This document shows, one piece after another, positions 1 to 13,372 of a stretch of 64,000 nucleotides of DNA. Source of the stretch: Botryllus schlosseri (taxonomy: Eukaryota). Position numbers and translations under genes: made by a program. The notes under the pieces were generated by a model, which saw only the letters and a list, made by a program, of their open reading frames with translations, searched no databases and was not told the origin of the DNA. Every line of letters starts with the position of its first letter. Positions within the stretch are counted from its first letter, which is position 1. The DNA is taken from positions 30,134,001 to 30,198,000 of the forward strand of contig CM119371.1 in assembly GCA_051294905.1 (NCBI GenBank), given 5' to 3'.

Positions 1-881
1 GGGGGCGCAATTTTTTTGACCATCGCCAAGGGGGGCGCGTGTCAAAAAAGTTTGAGAACCACTGCACTAAACCAATCAATTAAAGATCGGGAGATTAAAG
101 AACCGCAACTAACATACTTTATAAGTTCACATTTGATGAATGGAATTGACTAAATTGCTATGGGAGTTCGTTGCCCCCAATGAGAAAGAAGATATAGCAG
201 TGTCACCAGAGCGGATGTAACCTGTCAACATATGTTTAACATTGGCGTCTTCGTCTCTGTGAGTAACAACATTTTAGTCCAGCGTTCCTCAACCGCCGGA
301 CCGTGGCGATTTTCCCGTCGGTCCTCCAGATACATTAGAATTTTAAATCCCAATTCGAAAACGCAAAAAGTCCGTCACTTGTTCAATAATCAGAGAAATA
401 AAATATTAAATTTTTGTATTTGAAGAGGAACATATTTGTAGTGTGGAACGTAATTTTAGTGTTATTTGCGTGATTAAATTGGCGGCTGAATTTTAGATCT
501 TGAAGTTTCGCTGGCCAGCGAAGTCAAAAAGGTTGAGAACAACGGTTTTGGTCAATTATTCCTCAAAACCCTGAACTTGGAGTAATTTTTTTTGCCGTCC
601 CGGAATTTGACATTGATGTCACGAACTTGTTACTAATAAACGACGGAAGGTTATAACGTGACATATCAACGATCAACGTTTTATGCATTTGCTCCTTGAG
701 AGATACCTTACGTGGAAGTATTTTTTAAATATCTCAATTTCTTTTTATAAAAATTTGTAGGATAATACAATCACCTTTTTTCTCGGCATTGCTTCGCGGG
801 TTGGACCAGACCCGCGGGCAGTATGTTTGGCATCCCCCTCATATATTGAAGGAATGGCTTTCTCAATAAATTTACACTTAC

Positions 882-1002
882 CCACAGCACACCACACAAA
901 TGAAAAGCCCACTTTCTGTACATTACGATCGGTGATGAAATCGACAGTCAACGAGTTGCTTTCAGTTGTAAAATTTTCAGGAGGTGTATCACCGCAGTGA
1001 GG
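882..1002 (-). CDS. CUB domain exon, C-terminal third
   Basis: TTTAG|PHCGDTPPENFTTESNSLTVDFITDRNVQKVGFSFVWCAV G|GTAAGT. Confidence 0.9.
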
Positions 1003-4000
1003 CTAAAATAGCTTGAATTACTGGAAATTTATGTGAAGTATTTTACCGGCATCCTACCGAATATGCGTCGCCGAATGCAAGTGAATCACGATCACAGTTC
1101 CCGTACGGGTTGTCTTCGACGTTGAAGGTGTCGTTGAAAACGATCGATATAACCTGCATGAGAGAAAGATGCAACTTCTTGCGTTGGGATGCAGTGATGA
1201 GCTTCCTGTCCAAGTGACGTATGACTGAGCTATGCTTGCAAATATATATGCTATGCAAATATTACAAGGAATTAGTAAAGTGAAAGGGATACCATAAAAC
1301 TCGAAAGAAAACAAAATTCAGCTATGATCTCAAAAATGTTAACATTGCTATAACAAATAAACCATAGCTCTGTCGTCATTTAAAATCACTTCAACATGGA
1401 GTCAAATTGTTATAATTATTCCAATCCAAAGTAATAGCGTGATAATAACATTACGATTTCAAACCAAAGTGTCCTCACTAATGTGTAGCGCTAGCAATTC
1501 AGCTAAACTGTATCGATATTATAGCCTTGCGACCAAATTCCAGCCTCGACCTAATTTTGTCCGTGGATTCTTGTATACTCTGCGAAAAATCATCTAGCAA
1601 TATACTTGATAGAGCTCCTGGTAATTCTATTGTTGCTTACCATCCCCTCAGGTACTGTTATAAACCAGGAATGACACGCATTTGAATGGTAGGTCTTGGG
1701 ATAGTTCGGTGATGCAATCGTACCAGACGTTTCGTTGCTGATGACTGTGGAATTACAGGGTCCTGAAGTAAAAAAAAAAACTATAATTAGGACCAGCAGG
1801 ACTATCTAGGATTGATTTGATTGCAAGCGATATTACTAGTGAATGAAGCCTAGTTGTGAGCTTCGTTGCGCCCCATGAATAATTGCGAATTAGGAATCGT
1901 GCGCATCTCACCAAAGACCAAATTTCTTTTTCAATTAGTTGTGGTATGTGTGAGCGATCTTTTGAGTGACAATCATGTAAGTAATTACACGTGGCCCGCC
2001 CGACGATCGCCCTCCAGAAACTCATGAATATTCTTACCGACCTCATCTCCCAGAAAAAATTGATTTAGCTTGACATATAGAAATAGGCATTTCGGCGTCG
2101 TTGAAATATATATATACCGTAATTTTCCGAATATAGTGCGCCCCCGTGTATAATAAGCACCCTTAAAATGGCGTGTAAATTCTGGGGAAAAGCCTGTACC
2201 CATGTATAGTACGCATCCGGCATTCGCAGTACAAGAATGGCTGTTTTATTGTAGGCCTACGATGTCGTTCTGTTTTACGATGACACTATTCAACAATCAT
2301 GACATAATGATCGCTAATCATTATGCAATTAACGGAATTGTCTCTAAACGATAGTAGATAGCAGCCAAAGTCCGTGAGGCTGGCGACGCGATAGTTCAGG
2401 CCAGCGACACGACATCTTGAGCACGAGGTCTATTACAGATGCGATTGCTAATCATTATACAATTAACGGAATTGTCTCCTAGCGATCGTAGATAGCAGCC
2501 AAAGCCTGCGAGGCTGGCGTCGCGATAGTTAAGGCCGGCGACGCGACATCTTGCGCACGAAGCCTATCACAGATGCGATTGCTCAGGCCAATGGTTGTGT
2601 CGTGCGCACCAGGTCTGTTGGAGATGCGACTAATTACGCAAGCGATTATATCTTGCGCACATGGCCTGTTGTATATGCGATTGTTAAAGCCTGTCGTTTA
2701 CGCGATGAATTGGCGAGGTTTGCCGCGCTCGTACTCACTGCTCAGCGACCTAATTTCGCTCGCGTACAAACGGTAAACTAACTCAGCGGGAGACCGCATG
2801 CTGTGCTGCTCGGTAATTGGTATCACGCTTCTCGCTAATTGACACCGCGTTACACTGATAATACGAATTACTGGGCGCGATGGCTGAAAGTGACGCGGGA
2901 TTGGAAACAAACATGAAGAAAGGTGTCATTTCAAGTTTTCTATCGAGGGAGATTTTTTCCAAGTGTTGTTATTCCCATGTATAATACGTACCCCCCTATT
3001 TTAGGGCAAAAATAGGTAAAATTCTGCGCTGTATACATGGAAAATTACGGTAGTCGCATCTTGGCAATCTGAGAAAATGCCGCACCCCATGATGAAATGT
3101 CAACTAGTCATTGTGCGTTTCTCACGAAAGAAGTTTTCTCTTTATTTAGTTTGGTACATTTGAGCGATTCCAAAATCTTTTGCCATGTAGCAGCCGCGAG
3201 GTCACGAAATAACAACATGCCACAGACTGATTATAACAACATCGATCCCCCCCCCCCCGCAGATGATAGTTAATGAATTGTATATCCTTAACGTGCCCGA
3301 AACTTTCGAAAACACCACCTCCATTAGCTCTACCGGTAAATCTGGTCACATGGGCAATTAGGATATATGAAGAGGTGGTCAGTAACGAAGTACTTCTACT
3401 TTTTGGAAGTAATCAAGTAGTTTTCCTCTACTTCTGGTACTTACTCAAGTAGATCTGATTTTCTCTACTTCTACTTCGTAATATTTTGTGATCTAATTAC
3501 TTAATTTTCGCTATTTACAGTTTGTCAAGTAGAAGTAGTTTGATCCCGCAATGCGAAAGATAGCCTGAGGAATGTCGGGGCTGTTTTCACGGAGTACCAA
3601 CATTTATTATTCATAAAAGTCAAATTAAGCCCAGAAATTTTGTTGCGCTTCGCGCACAGTAGTTTTGGGGGACAAATATGTTTTCAGGAAAGTATCAGTG
3701 AATATAATTTAGGTACCGGATGGCTTGGTTCCGCTCACACCAAATGTTGTTCATATCAAACCTTTCATCATAGTAAATATGGCCCACCATAACGTTTGAA
3801 ACTACCGTTTCGCAATCTAACAATTACCCATCATATCGTAATCTAGCAGCCCATAACGTGTCCTGCTAATTTGGAAAATCCGGCTTTTTCGAACGTTACA
3901 CCTGTTTTAGCAGATCGCTTTTGAAGCTTTATGGACAATAGGCACGAAATATATTTTCCGCCTTTTAGAAGTGGAATTTGTATTTCACTGTCAATTCCTA

Positions 4001-5962
4001 GTATCATACTTTGAGTTCTAATTACTTTCAATTCTTTTGTCTGCAGAGCATACATGTTGAACCATGAAAGCAAGTGTTGTAATGCCGCTATTCTCCGAAA
4101 ATAAAGCTACACTAAATATAACTTTTACGATTCACAATATTTGTTATCACCGTATACTAATCACGCAAAGTGATGAAATGGTATCCGATACAACTTCTAC
4201 GTATTGCCCTTCGCCTTAACTTTGTGCCTTATAATATGGGGTAGGGCGCCATGCCATGATATTCTCTAAATCGGGGTATTCTAGCAAACAAAGGTTGATA
4301 TCGATACCATAATTTGCATCCCATGATGCTAAAGAATGCTTATTCTGTCGGATATTGATACCTCCTGGGATGCATCAATACGAATCAAGCTCTCTGCACC
4401 CTCTACACAGCTCAATTCGCAGCTTTTGACAGTCGATGCGAACGAATTAAGACTGTTTTCAAAACTACTTACTTATTTGAGTAGATTTAAAGTCAGACAA
4501 TTCTACTTCTACTTCAAGCAGTTTTAGGTGGCTCATGGAAGAAGTACTTCTACTCGTACTTGAGTAGATTTTTTCGTCGCTACTTCTACTTCTACTTGAG
4601 TAGCTTTCTTGACTAATTTGACCTCCTCTGGATATATGATATGCAATTACTAATAATATTGACACAATTCCGGCAAAAATTAGGATATTTCATAGCGTTT
4701 CGCGTCACTGTGTCAAATATATATTGTGTGCCTATACAGGAATAGGCCTTAATGACAATGAAGTCGGACTTTCGAGTAGCCGTGACAAGGGAGGTATAGG
4801 GGACCAAGCTTTGCAGGAGTTCGGTTGAAATCGCTATGGGGTGCCTAAGACCAGTGCAAGTAATAATATTATTGACCAAATCCAACCATTAACTTTGGAA
4901 TATTTTGGCGCTTCGCGCGGAAGCAGAGGCGCCCATAACTTTTATAACATGTCTGTGGGTGAAATATCACCCTAGAAGTTTTGTTAATCACCCAATAAGT
5001 TTTTAAAGGGTGAGCGTCTTTTACCTCATCAAATTATTATGCTAAAATCAGATTATCGGCAAAACGCAATGATAAGTCTAATTGGAACCTTGAAATATAT
5101 GTATGCCTACTTGCAAAAGACCGCTTAATACCAGTTCATCCTTATTCAAATGCACTTAACAAAGGCTGACGTTCATTATTGCGTTATCCTCCGACTAGTC
5201 TTGTTTCCTCTTTAATCCGGGCAAAGTATATGTTTAACTTTAAACGGATCCTTTGTCGTTTTTTGTTGAAGCTTCAATCTCATAAGGTGTAAAGTAGAAA
5301 TCCAATATGTCGTTACTTATTTACTCTATAAGAAGGCCTATCGTTCAAGGGTCGCTAAGTTTCCAGTCGGGTAATTTCCTGAGAGTATCCAAAAACGAGG
5401 ATTCATTATTTTCGAAGGGTGTAGTCGTACAATTTTTTATGAAGGGTGTAAATCAAAGTAATGAACAAAGTGTAAAATTTGAACACGGCGTTTTCTATTG
5501 GTAGCAAGAGGGGCGTAATGTATGTATTGCTATTCAATAGGCTTCTTAATGGGTGTACACAGTACAACTATAAACGTTATGGGCCTACTGTGCAATGCTG
5601 AGTACAGAAGTACAATGGAAGTGTCAGATACAGATCCAATAATACTGGATCTTCGTAAATTGTCGTTGAATGAATACCTCCAAACGATTCCAGATCATCT
5701 CCATACGTCAGTTCCAGGGGCTGATCAACTTTACTGCATGAATCGTGAATTTCGAAAGATGGGCAAGAGTCCCCATGACCGGCACTGACGATTGTATCTT
5801 GAGTAAATCAATGTAAATCAGCATTTATAAAATGTTGCTTCAATAAATATTCATTTAAATACAATTATATTTGGAACAGTATTGAGATTTCTTACGTTGG
5901 GCGTTTGCTATGCTTGGAACCATCAGCAGACAGACACAAAATCTGAGAAAAAGGTTGAGCAT
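882..5962 (-). CDS. Secreted or surface CUB-domain protein, 5' part; 5 exons (5896-5962, 5678-5797, 1641-1762, 1058-1153, 882-1002); continues left of window
   Basis: Spliced GT-AG, phase-consistent: MLNLFLRFCVCLLMVPSIANAQ (signal-peptide-like)...GPCNSTVISNETSGTIASPNYPKTYHSNACHSWFITVPEGM|VISIVFNDTFNVEDNPYGNCDRDSLAFGDAYS|PHCGDTPPENFTTESNSLTVDFITDRNVQKVGFSFVW; matches CUB motifs SPNYP, CxWxI, CxxD, CG, FxTD..GF. Confidence 0.8.
1058..1153 (-). CDS. CUB domain exon, middle
   Basis: GCAG|VISIVFNDTFNVEDNPYGNCDRDSLAFGDAYS|GTAGGA. Confidence 0.85.
1641..1762 (-). CDS. CUB domain exon, N-terminal third
   Basis: TTCAG|..SGTIASPNYPKTYHSNACHSWFITVPEGM|GTAAGC. Confidence 0.9.
2117..3050. mobile_element. 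Non-autonomous TA-TSD (Tc1/mariner/pogo-like) DNA element
   Basis: TA|CCGTAATTTTCC...GGAAAATTACGG|TA; second copy 12455-13372; fragment ~51766-51870. Confidence 0.85.
3370..4630. mobile_element. hAT-like non-autonomous element with TACTTC/AGTAG subterminal arrays
   Basis: AGAGGTGGTCA...TGACCTCCTCTG termini, 8-bp TSD GATATATG; paralog from ~12319. Confidence 0.8.
5678..5797 (-). CDS. CUB gene exon 2 (linker)
   Basis: AAG acceptor, open 120 nt phase 1-1, G|GTATTC donor; joins flanking exons in frame. Confidence 0.55.
5896..5962 (-). CDS. CUB gene first coding exon (signal peptide)
   Basis: AAAAAG-ATG start, MLNLFLRFCVCLLMVPSIANAQ, donor C|GTAAG phase 1. Confidence 0.65.
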
Positions 5963-6132
5963 CTTTTTGCTTCAATATTGATTCAATAATAAATCTAGAA
6001 ATATAATCCTTTATAAATATAGACATACAAACAATGATATTGTAATATCCAAAGTAACATGATGATAGGCGTTTGCACGATGTCAATTCACGGGGTGGAT
6101 GATCATTAGACCTCACAGAAGCATTGTAATGT

Positions 6133-6575
6133 TAGGGTTACCATACGTCCTCTTTTAAGGGGATTTGTCCTCTTTTTTGACTTTTTTGAAAGTGTCCTCG
6201 TAGGACGCCCTTTTGTCCTCTTTTTTGAGATTTTGTCCTGTTTTTTGAAAATTTAGGTAACATTTAGTGCAAAATGCGAGTGATATGCCGTAAATTAGCA
6301 CAGAAGTGACGCTCCGGCGGGTATTTCGGAGTGAAAAACGGTAATTTGAGGTCTGAGCGAAACGGATGAGCTTTTTTTCTTCTAGCCAACCACCTAGCAA
6401 TGTGGAGAGAAAAACGGTATTTTGAGCTCTGAGCGGAAAGTTGATCTTTTTTTTAGTTAACCGATCACAAAGTAGGAAAAATTCACGGAATTTTGAGAAT
6501 TCTTCTCCGGTTTTGCAAGTCTCAAATTTCTGAAAAAGTGTCCTCTTTTTAAATTTCCAAAATATGGTAAGCCTA
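6133..6575. mobile_element. hAT-like MITE, TAGGGTTACCATA family (GTCCTC arrays)
   Basis: TIRs and 8-bp TSD TGTAATGT; copies ~19093-19356, 19679-19975 (reverse), 20983-21271. Confidence 0.85.
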
Positions 6576-6811
6576 TGTAATGTAATATATATTTATGTAA
6601 AAAAAACATCCAAGATTTATATAAATCCTGCAGCCTAGGTCAACATTATGTTATTTCAATTTCCGACATCTGTAGGCTTATCGGAATTGAACACAGATAG
6701 GCCTACTTGTTACGGTAGAACAGGGGTCACCACGCGATGCCTGCGGTCTACCGGTAGCCCGCAAGAACCAAATGACTCGCCCGCGGTCGCAGTAGCAAAT
6801 AGGTAAATGAG

Positions 6812-7486
6812 CAGGATTGTAAGTTATAACCAAGTAACAAGGCTCCGAGTCACAAGTCAATATCACTTTTACAGATTTGACTCGAGTCAAGTCGAGTCAT
6901 TTTCAATTCACCACTGAGTCAAGTCCGAGTCCAAATCATTGAATTGACTGCTCAGCTTCCAGTTAAAGTCTTGTTCAACACTTTTTAAAACCCTGTTCAA
7001 TGATATCGAATGGTTCTCATTTACCATACACTAATTTTCCTTACTTTCAACAGTTTATGGTCGCCTTATCAAGTACCGCTACCAATAGACGAAATACCAA
7101 TCATGTGGTTACTTCACTATTTTTACAATGAAATGACAATGAAATGTCGTAATGAAATGTTGTATTTTCATGAGATTTCATGCTATCATTTTGATCAAAA
7201 TGTCTAAATCGCCGTGGTGCAAAAAGCCTTCGATGCGAAAAGCACCACTAAATGTTTTTATCCATAATAATAATAATACATATGAAATGTCGCTCGTGGC
7301 CGTCTGAGTCTCGAGTCATGTGACTTGGTTCGAGTCGTGCGCAATGACTCGAGTCCATGTCGAGTCAATGCGCAGATTGACTTGAGTCGAGTCGAGTCTT
7401 TTTCGTATTTTCAGAAAATAACTCGAGTCAGGTCGAGTCATCAGAAAATCGCGACTCGAGTCATGACTCGAGTCATTACAAGCCTG
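6812..7486. mobile_element. hAT-like MITE, GACTCGAGTC family, nested in MITE ~6721-7882
   Basis: CAGGATTGTAA...TTACAAGCCTG, TSD TAAATGAG; copies ~13638, 28190-28720, 29729-30223, 35003-35472, 43582-43980, 45325-45784, 48169-48640, 60138-60570, 61550-61672. Confidence 0.85.
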
Positions 7487-8879
7487 TAAATGAGAGACTT
7501 GAAAGTCAAAACGGAGAAGGGTTTGATATGAGAAACACTTGACCATGGGTAAGTCGACCCTAAGGAACATTCTAACGAAGTTTTCGATCGGGACGTTGCT
7601 CGTCTTCGCACACGTGGGGGTTTAACGGGAATCTAGGTACTATTTTCTAGTCTAGACGCTGAGATTGGCGCTTGGGCGCGCAGTGCGGTAACTTAACGGA
7701 GACCAGAGACGCTGGTGTGAGTCACGGTGAGTGTGATTGGCGGAAACCTGGCCTAGTGCTCTGAATGTCGAAGTGAAGAAATCCAACTGAGCAAGAATAA
7801 CCGGCCGGAGTAACTGGTGGCCCGTCACATTATTCAGTACCCGAGAAGTAGTTCTTGGTTTCAAAAAGGTTGGTGAGCCCTGCAGTCAAAACACAACTTG
7901 GCACCGTATATTTTATCACGATTTACGGTAAATCATATTTTAAGACAAAAAAGACATCAGCGGGTCTTGCTGACTCAGATCAACGAGGCTAGCTATGCGA
8001 AAAGTTCCTATCAATAATCTTCAAATATCATTATACATTTTCGAATTAGTTCCATCTAAAATTTGACAGCCCGCATAGCGATAGGGTTATTATATTTTTA
8101 TCTTGAAAGCGGGACTCAGTAGTGGTTGCAATTCTATCTCTTTCGAACCTGCTGACCACCAAAGATCAACACTTTCCTTCCTTCCAAATGAAGACTTCAT
8201 TCTACGGACAATCTAAATTAGGGGCGGTCAACCTCTGGCCTGCGACAAGGTTTTGCGTGGCCCGCAAGGTAATTCCCAAAATTAGTTATATTATAAAAAA
8301 TAAATTTCGGGGATAATTTATTGTGAACTTGCAACTAAAAATTCGATTAGCCCGACTGCAAAATTTGGATGTTGATGTTAAATTATCAGTCCCGACGCAT
8401 TGTCGTAGCCAGGGGCGATAGAGTAGAATATTTCGTGGTAGATTTATTTGACTTGATACCTTCTTAGAACTTTGCGCGATTTCCATTTATTCGATTTCTT
8501 GCTTACAGTATTGTCACCCTTTTCATGAAAATTAAAAATACGCCCAATTCATGGAATCGAGTTTGTCTATCCTTGCCGAAAGTGCCGAGCGGTATATAGA
8601 GGTGACCAGCAATATATGCAAGTGACATTGTTATTGACCGAATTCGTTCATTCGCTTCGCGCTGTTATGTAATGAATTAACGCCGAAATTCCATGACGCC
8701 ATTGTTATCGATTTTTATGCGTTTTGTTTTCACCGATACCTAATCAGGCTCCCTCCTCATCGGACAACTGAAAAAGGTCATCAACATTCAAGTGGCCCGT
8801 GCCATGGTTCATAAATCTTATGTGGCCCTTTGGCCGAAAAGGATGGCCGCCCTTATCTATATAGATAGATCGGAAGTAG

Positions 8880-10322
8880 GATCATTGTCACGGTTCTATA
8901 AAATATGCCAAAGCATGGAAGAGTATCGAAAAAAATTGCATAGCATGCTTGAAAATTTTCATACCATACCATGCTTGCACATTTTCATATTCCATACCAA
9001 TATTTCGTCCATACCATACCATTTTTCATACACAACCATGCCACACCATACAATGCCCTGTCTTTCAGACTGGCATTACGCATACGACGTGATAATGTGA
9101 TTCGATATTGGAATATATACACGCCGCGCTCGAAAAAAGGCAATTTTGAATATTTGAATTAAATTTATTTTGTACTCGGATTAGTTTGTCAAAATTGATG
9201 AGGTATAGACACCACGCGAGAGGACAGATGCATAATGACATCGCAAAGCTGTCGTGTTATAATTTTGCAGCTGGCGCACATTTGACGTGCCACAAGGCCC
9301 ATGGGCAGAATATTCTGGAATTTAGCAAAGATTGATCAGAAATCAGAGCACTCGACCAGTGCAGCCTAATCCCGGCTACGGCTATATTCGTGATAAGTAG
9401 GCCATTGATGATGTCATTGGCAAATTCAAATTAAACCCGCGTTATATTTACCTCCGAATATTGAAGCAGATCAATAGCAACTTGCGTAGCGTATTCAGCT
9501 ACGAACATAGACATACCTATTTAACGAACATAGACACTGAACGATTTTCTGAGGTATGCAATCAATTCGACAAATCGAAACTAAGATCATTGTGACGGCC
9601 ACTGTTCCCTCTAGGCTGCACGCTTGCGCGACCACCCACTGCTTTTAAAGTCACCGCGCACGGAAAAACGTCTGCCGCTCACAAGAAAGCCGCAGTGGTG
9701 ATCTTTTTTATGGGACTGTGCAGTGATTTGGTGAGTGTGCGCAGACCCGTGAAAAATTAGAGAGAACATTGGCCATGGCTCTGGCAAAACTTATAAAGTA
9801 TGGAAAAGCATCGAAATAAATTACATACCTTATTTGCACATTTTCGTATTCCATACCGCAATTTTTAAACTATACCATACCATGCCCTGCCTTTCAGACT
9901 GGCATTCCGCACACATCGTGAAAATGTGATTTACTATTGTAGGCCTTATATCCACACCTGGTACTAAGTAAAATACGATTTTAAATATTTAAATAAAATT
10001 TATTTTGTACTTGGCATAATTTGTCAAAATAGTTGAGTTATAGACGGCATGTGGGAGGACAGATGCATAATGACATCGCAAAGCTGTCGCGTTATTATTA
10101 TGCAGCTGGTGCACATTTGACGTGCCACAATTAGGCCTATGGTTCGAATATTTTAGACTTACACAAAAATTGATCTGATATGAGAGTATTTGACCAGTTT
10201 AGCTTAATCGCGGCATCGGGTATTCTTCTAATAGGTAGGCTTATGAGGAGATCATTGGCAAAGTCAAATTAAATCAGCGGTATATTTATCTTCGAACATT
10301 GAAGCAGATTAATAACAACTTG
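8880..10322. repeat. Diverged local duplication (~8880-9485 and ~9790-10322) separated by a small MITE
   Basis: Shared blocks e.g. GAGGACAGATGCATAATGACATCGCAAAGCTGTCG, ATTGAAGCAGAT. Confidence 0.75.
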
Positions 10323-10803
10323 AACGTAATAATTTAGGTGCCATGATGTTAGAAAATACTCAATCCCCGAACAATCCAATGGTGTTACAATTTTGGTATC
10401 TTACTATTATTATCCATGACAGTTTGTTGCGTTCGTGAATGTACTCAAGTCACAGGGTTCCGAGTCACAAAGGCCTTCTGGGGTTTGAACGTTTGACCAG
10501 ACTCAATTAGGTTTATTCACTCGAGTCATGTTTTACCATCATGGACAGGTAACCTGACAGAATAATAGCTGATTCATACCGAATCGCACCTTTTGAAGGT
10601 GAAGTTTAACAAGTAGTTCCTGGTTTTTGGAGTACTTTTAATTGTTCATATTTAGCAGTTGAATACTGTCGAATGCGCGAAAACCCAAAATGCAGATGTT
10701 GGCTGCGTGTTTCAGCCCCATGAACTGGAACGACTCATTATTCCAAAATCGTAATCAGAACGTAAACTAGAACCTAGGCGTAACCGGGGACAAATGTAGT
10801 TAG

Positions 10804-11019
10804 CAGAGATGAGAGGATTTGAAATTTCTGTGTTCTAATCCAGTCCAAATCCGAATCTTCTAATCCTAATCCATGTCCTAATCCAGAAATTTTATACATT
10901 CCTATCCTAATCCTAATGAATTATCCAAACAAATCTGAAATCCTAATCCAATCCAAATCCGACAAAATTTCGCAAATGTGGTTTAACCAAGTCCTAATCC
11001 TAATCCACGCTCATCTCTG
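10804..11019. mobile_element. Small MITE with AATCCT arrays
   Basis: CAGAGATGAG...CTCATCTCTG; flanks GTAGTTAG/GTAACTAG (6/8). Confidence 0.65.
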
Positions 11020-11042
11020 GTAACTAGGGGCGAATGTAACTA

Positions 11043-11545
11043 TAGATAACTTACCTACGGATAGATGCGCAACTCGTGCTTCACGGTCGAGTGATGCTAC
11101 ATCCGCAGATCTGATTTGAAAGCTACAATGTCGCTGATTGTGATAATATACAATAAAATCTGATCAGGTCTATGGAACCCCCTTGAAATACCCCTCAAAG
11201 TCTGAAAATCGGCATTGTCCTGAACAATTGCAACCACGCAAGGACCGTTGTTATGGTCATTGTGATGCGTCGTTGCGATTGTTCAGAGCAATGCCGATTT
11301 TAATGCTTTGAAGGCTATCTCGGGGTGGTTCCATTGCCTTGATGAAGATTTATTGTATATTATCAGAATCAGCGCGGCTGTAGCTTTCAAATGAGATCAA
11401 CTTTATTTAATTTGATCGTTCGGGTCGTCATCTACGGGATTAGCGATTACGTTGCCGTTTCGCGTGCTATGAAGCGACAACAAGCCTACCGATGTACTCG
11501 ACCGTAAATTACGTCCTGCGCATCTATCCGTAGGTTAGTTATCTA
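11043..11545. mobile_element. Palindromic (fold-back) MITE
   Basis: TAGATAACTTACCTACGGATAGATGCGCA / TGCGCATCTATCCGTAGGTTAGTTATCTA with inner arms also complementary; related ends near 15606 and 16037. Confidence 0.8.
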
Positions 11546-11819
11546 TAATATAACAATCAAGCTCACCGCTAGTAGGGCGGAGAAATCGCCACGATATTTT
11601 AGGTGTACATGCCGAGTTATGTCTACTCCTGACATACCTGAAGTTACGTTGAGCTGCAACGCGAAACCACGGAAGAATTTGGACGGTTCAGTAAATATTT
11701 TCTGGTCTGGAATAATTTGTTCAGAAGAATAATACCTGAAGTGGTTACAACGTAATATATGTAGCTGGAACAATGTTACCATACTATACAGTGATGATAG
11801 GAAAACTAGGACTGGCATC

Positions 11820-12318
11820 GCCGGGAATGAAAGGACTACAGAGAATGTGCAACAGGCACCTTGGCGATTTTAGATGACCAATATGTTGATCATCGTTTTC
11901 GCAAGCCTGATGCTACTCATAGTGCTAGATGGATGAGTCAAGTGCTGTACTGTCAAAAAATATTCACGTGTCGTGAGAAAGTGGGCTATTCTGAAGAGTT
12001 CATTAAAATGTTAGAACGAATCAAAACATTCATTGCCTTGTTTTATGTCTGAGCTTAGTTGAAAACTGGTATTGCATGTGACGCACAGTGTGATGATCTC
12101 AAAATTCTCCATGACATAAAAATCTTTTCATCATGCGATTTCACTGTTACTGATGTGGCATATAAGAAGATGTGACAACATCACCTGCTACAGTATTTCA
12201 CTGAGGAAACGGTAGTAGCCTACTTACAATGTTCTCGGCTAATCCAAAGATTCCTGACAAACTGAAGGAAGCGATGGCCGCTAAAATGCTGCAGATGCCA
12301 ATCCTTGAGCAATTCTGC
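11820..12318 (+). pseudogene. Decayed DNA transposase fragment (hAT-superfamily-like, possibly hATm)
   Basis: DYRECA..LAIL..FRKPDATHSARWMSQVLYCQKIF..FIALFYV*A*..DAQCDDL..YFTEETVV resembles the RDDYRE/PGAxHHARWM/APxNDL/HLWYLSEE transposases; stops and frameshift. Confidence 0.7.
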
Positions 12319-12454
12319 CAGTGGTGGTCAGTAACGAAGTACTTCTACTTTTGGGATGTACTCAAGTAGTTTTCATCTACTTCTGGTACTTACTCAAGTA
12401 GATCTGATTTTCTCGAGTTATGCTTCTACTTCGTAAAATTTTGTGATCAACTTA

Positions 12455-13372
12455 TCGTAATTTTCCAAGTATAGTGCGCCCCACGTGTAATATACGCACG
12501 CTTAAAATGGCGTGTAAATTCTGGGAAAAAGCCTGTACCCATGTATAGTACGCATCCAGCATTCGCAGTACAGGAATAGCTGTTTTACTATACGATGTCG
12601 TTCTGTTATGCGATGACACTGTTCAACAATCATGACATAACGATCGCTAATCATTATGCAATTAACGGCATTATTTCTAAAAGATAGTAGATAGCAACTA
12701 AAGTCTGTGCGGCTGGCGACGCGATAGTTCAGGCCAGCGACAGGACATCTTGAGCACGGGGTCTATTACAGATGCGATTACTAATCATTATACAATTAAC
12801 AGAATTGTCTCCTAGCGATCGTAGATAGCAGCCAAAGCCTGCGAGGCTGGCGTCGCGATAGTATAGGCCGGCGACGCGACATCTTGCGCACGAAGCCTAT
12901 CACAGATGCGATTGCTCAGGCCAATGGTTGTGTCGTGCGCACCAGGTCTGTTGGAGATGCGACTAATTACGCAAGCGATTATATCTTGCGCACATGGCCT
13001 GTTGTATATGCGATTGTTAAAGCCTGTCGTTGATGCGATGAATTAGCTATGTTTGTCGCGCTCGTGCTCAGCGAACTAATTTCGCTCGTGTACAAACGGT
13101 AAACTAACTCAGCAGGAGACCGCGTGCTGTGCTGCTCGTTAATTGGTATCACGCTTCTCGCTAATTGGCAGCTCGTTACACTGATAATACGAATTACTGG
13201 GCGCGATGGCTGAAAGTGATGCGGGATAGGAAACAAACATGAAGAAAGGTATCATTTCAAGTTTTGTATCGAGGGAGATTTTTTCCAAGTGTTGTTCCAT
13301 GTATAATACGCACCCCCCTATTTTACGGCAAAAATCGGTAAAATTGTGCGCATTATACATGGAAAATTACGG
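12455..13372. mobile_element. Second copy of TA-TSD element, nested in a TACTTC-family MITE
   Basis: Collinear with 2117-3050; flanks join to match the uninterrupted paralog near 3486-3540. Confidence 0.85.

Noticed and set aside
222..545. Possible next CUB-gene exon
   Set aside because: Stop in the required phase; CAGCGTTCCTCAACC...AGGTTGAGAAC look like hAT MITE ends
2551..2910. Duplicated ORFs here and at 12979-13360 suggesting a gene family
   Set aside because: Both lie in copies of the same non-autonomous element and the frames are not conserved
7320..7340. GGTTCGAGTC tRNA T-loop/B-box-like motif
   Set aside because: Part of the GACTC/GAGTC MITE array; no cloverleaf or A-box
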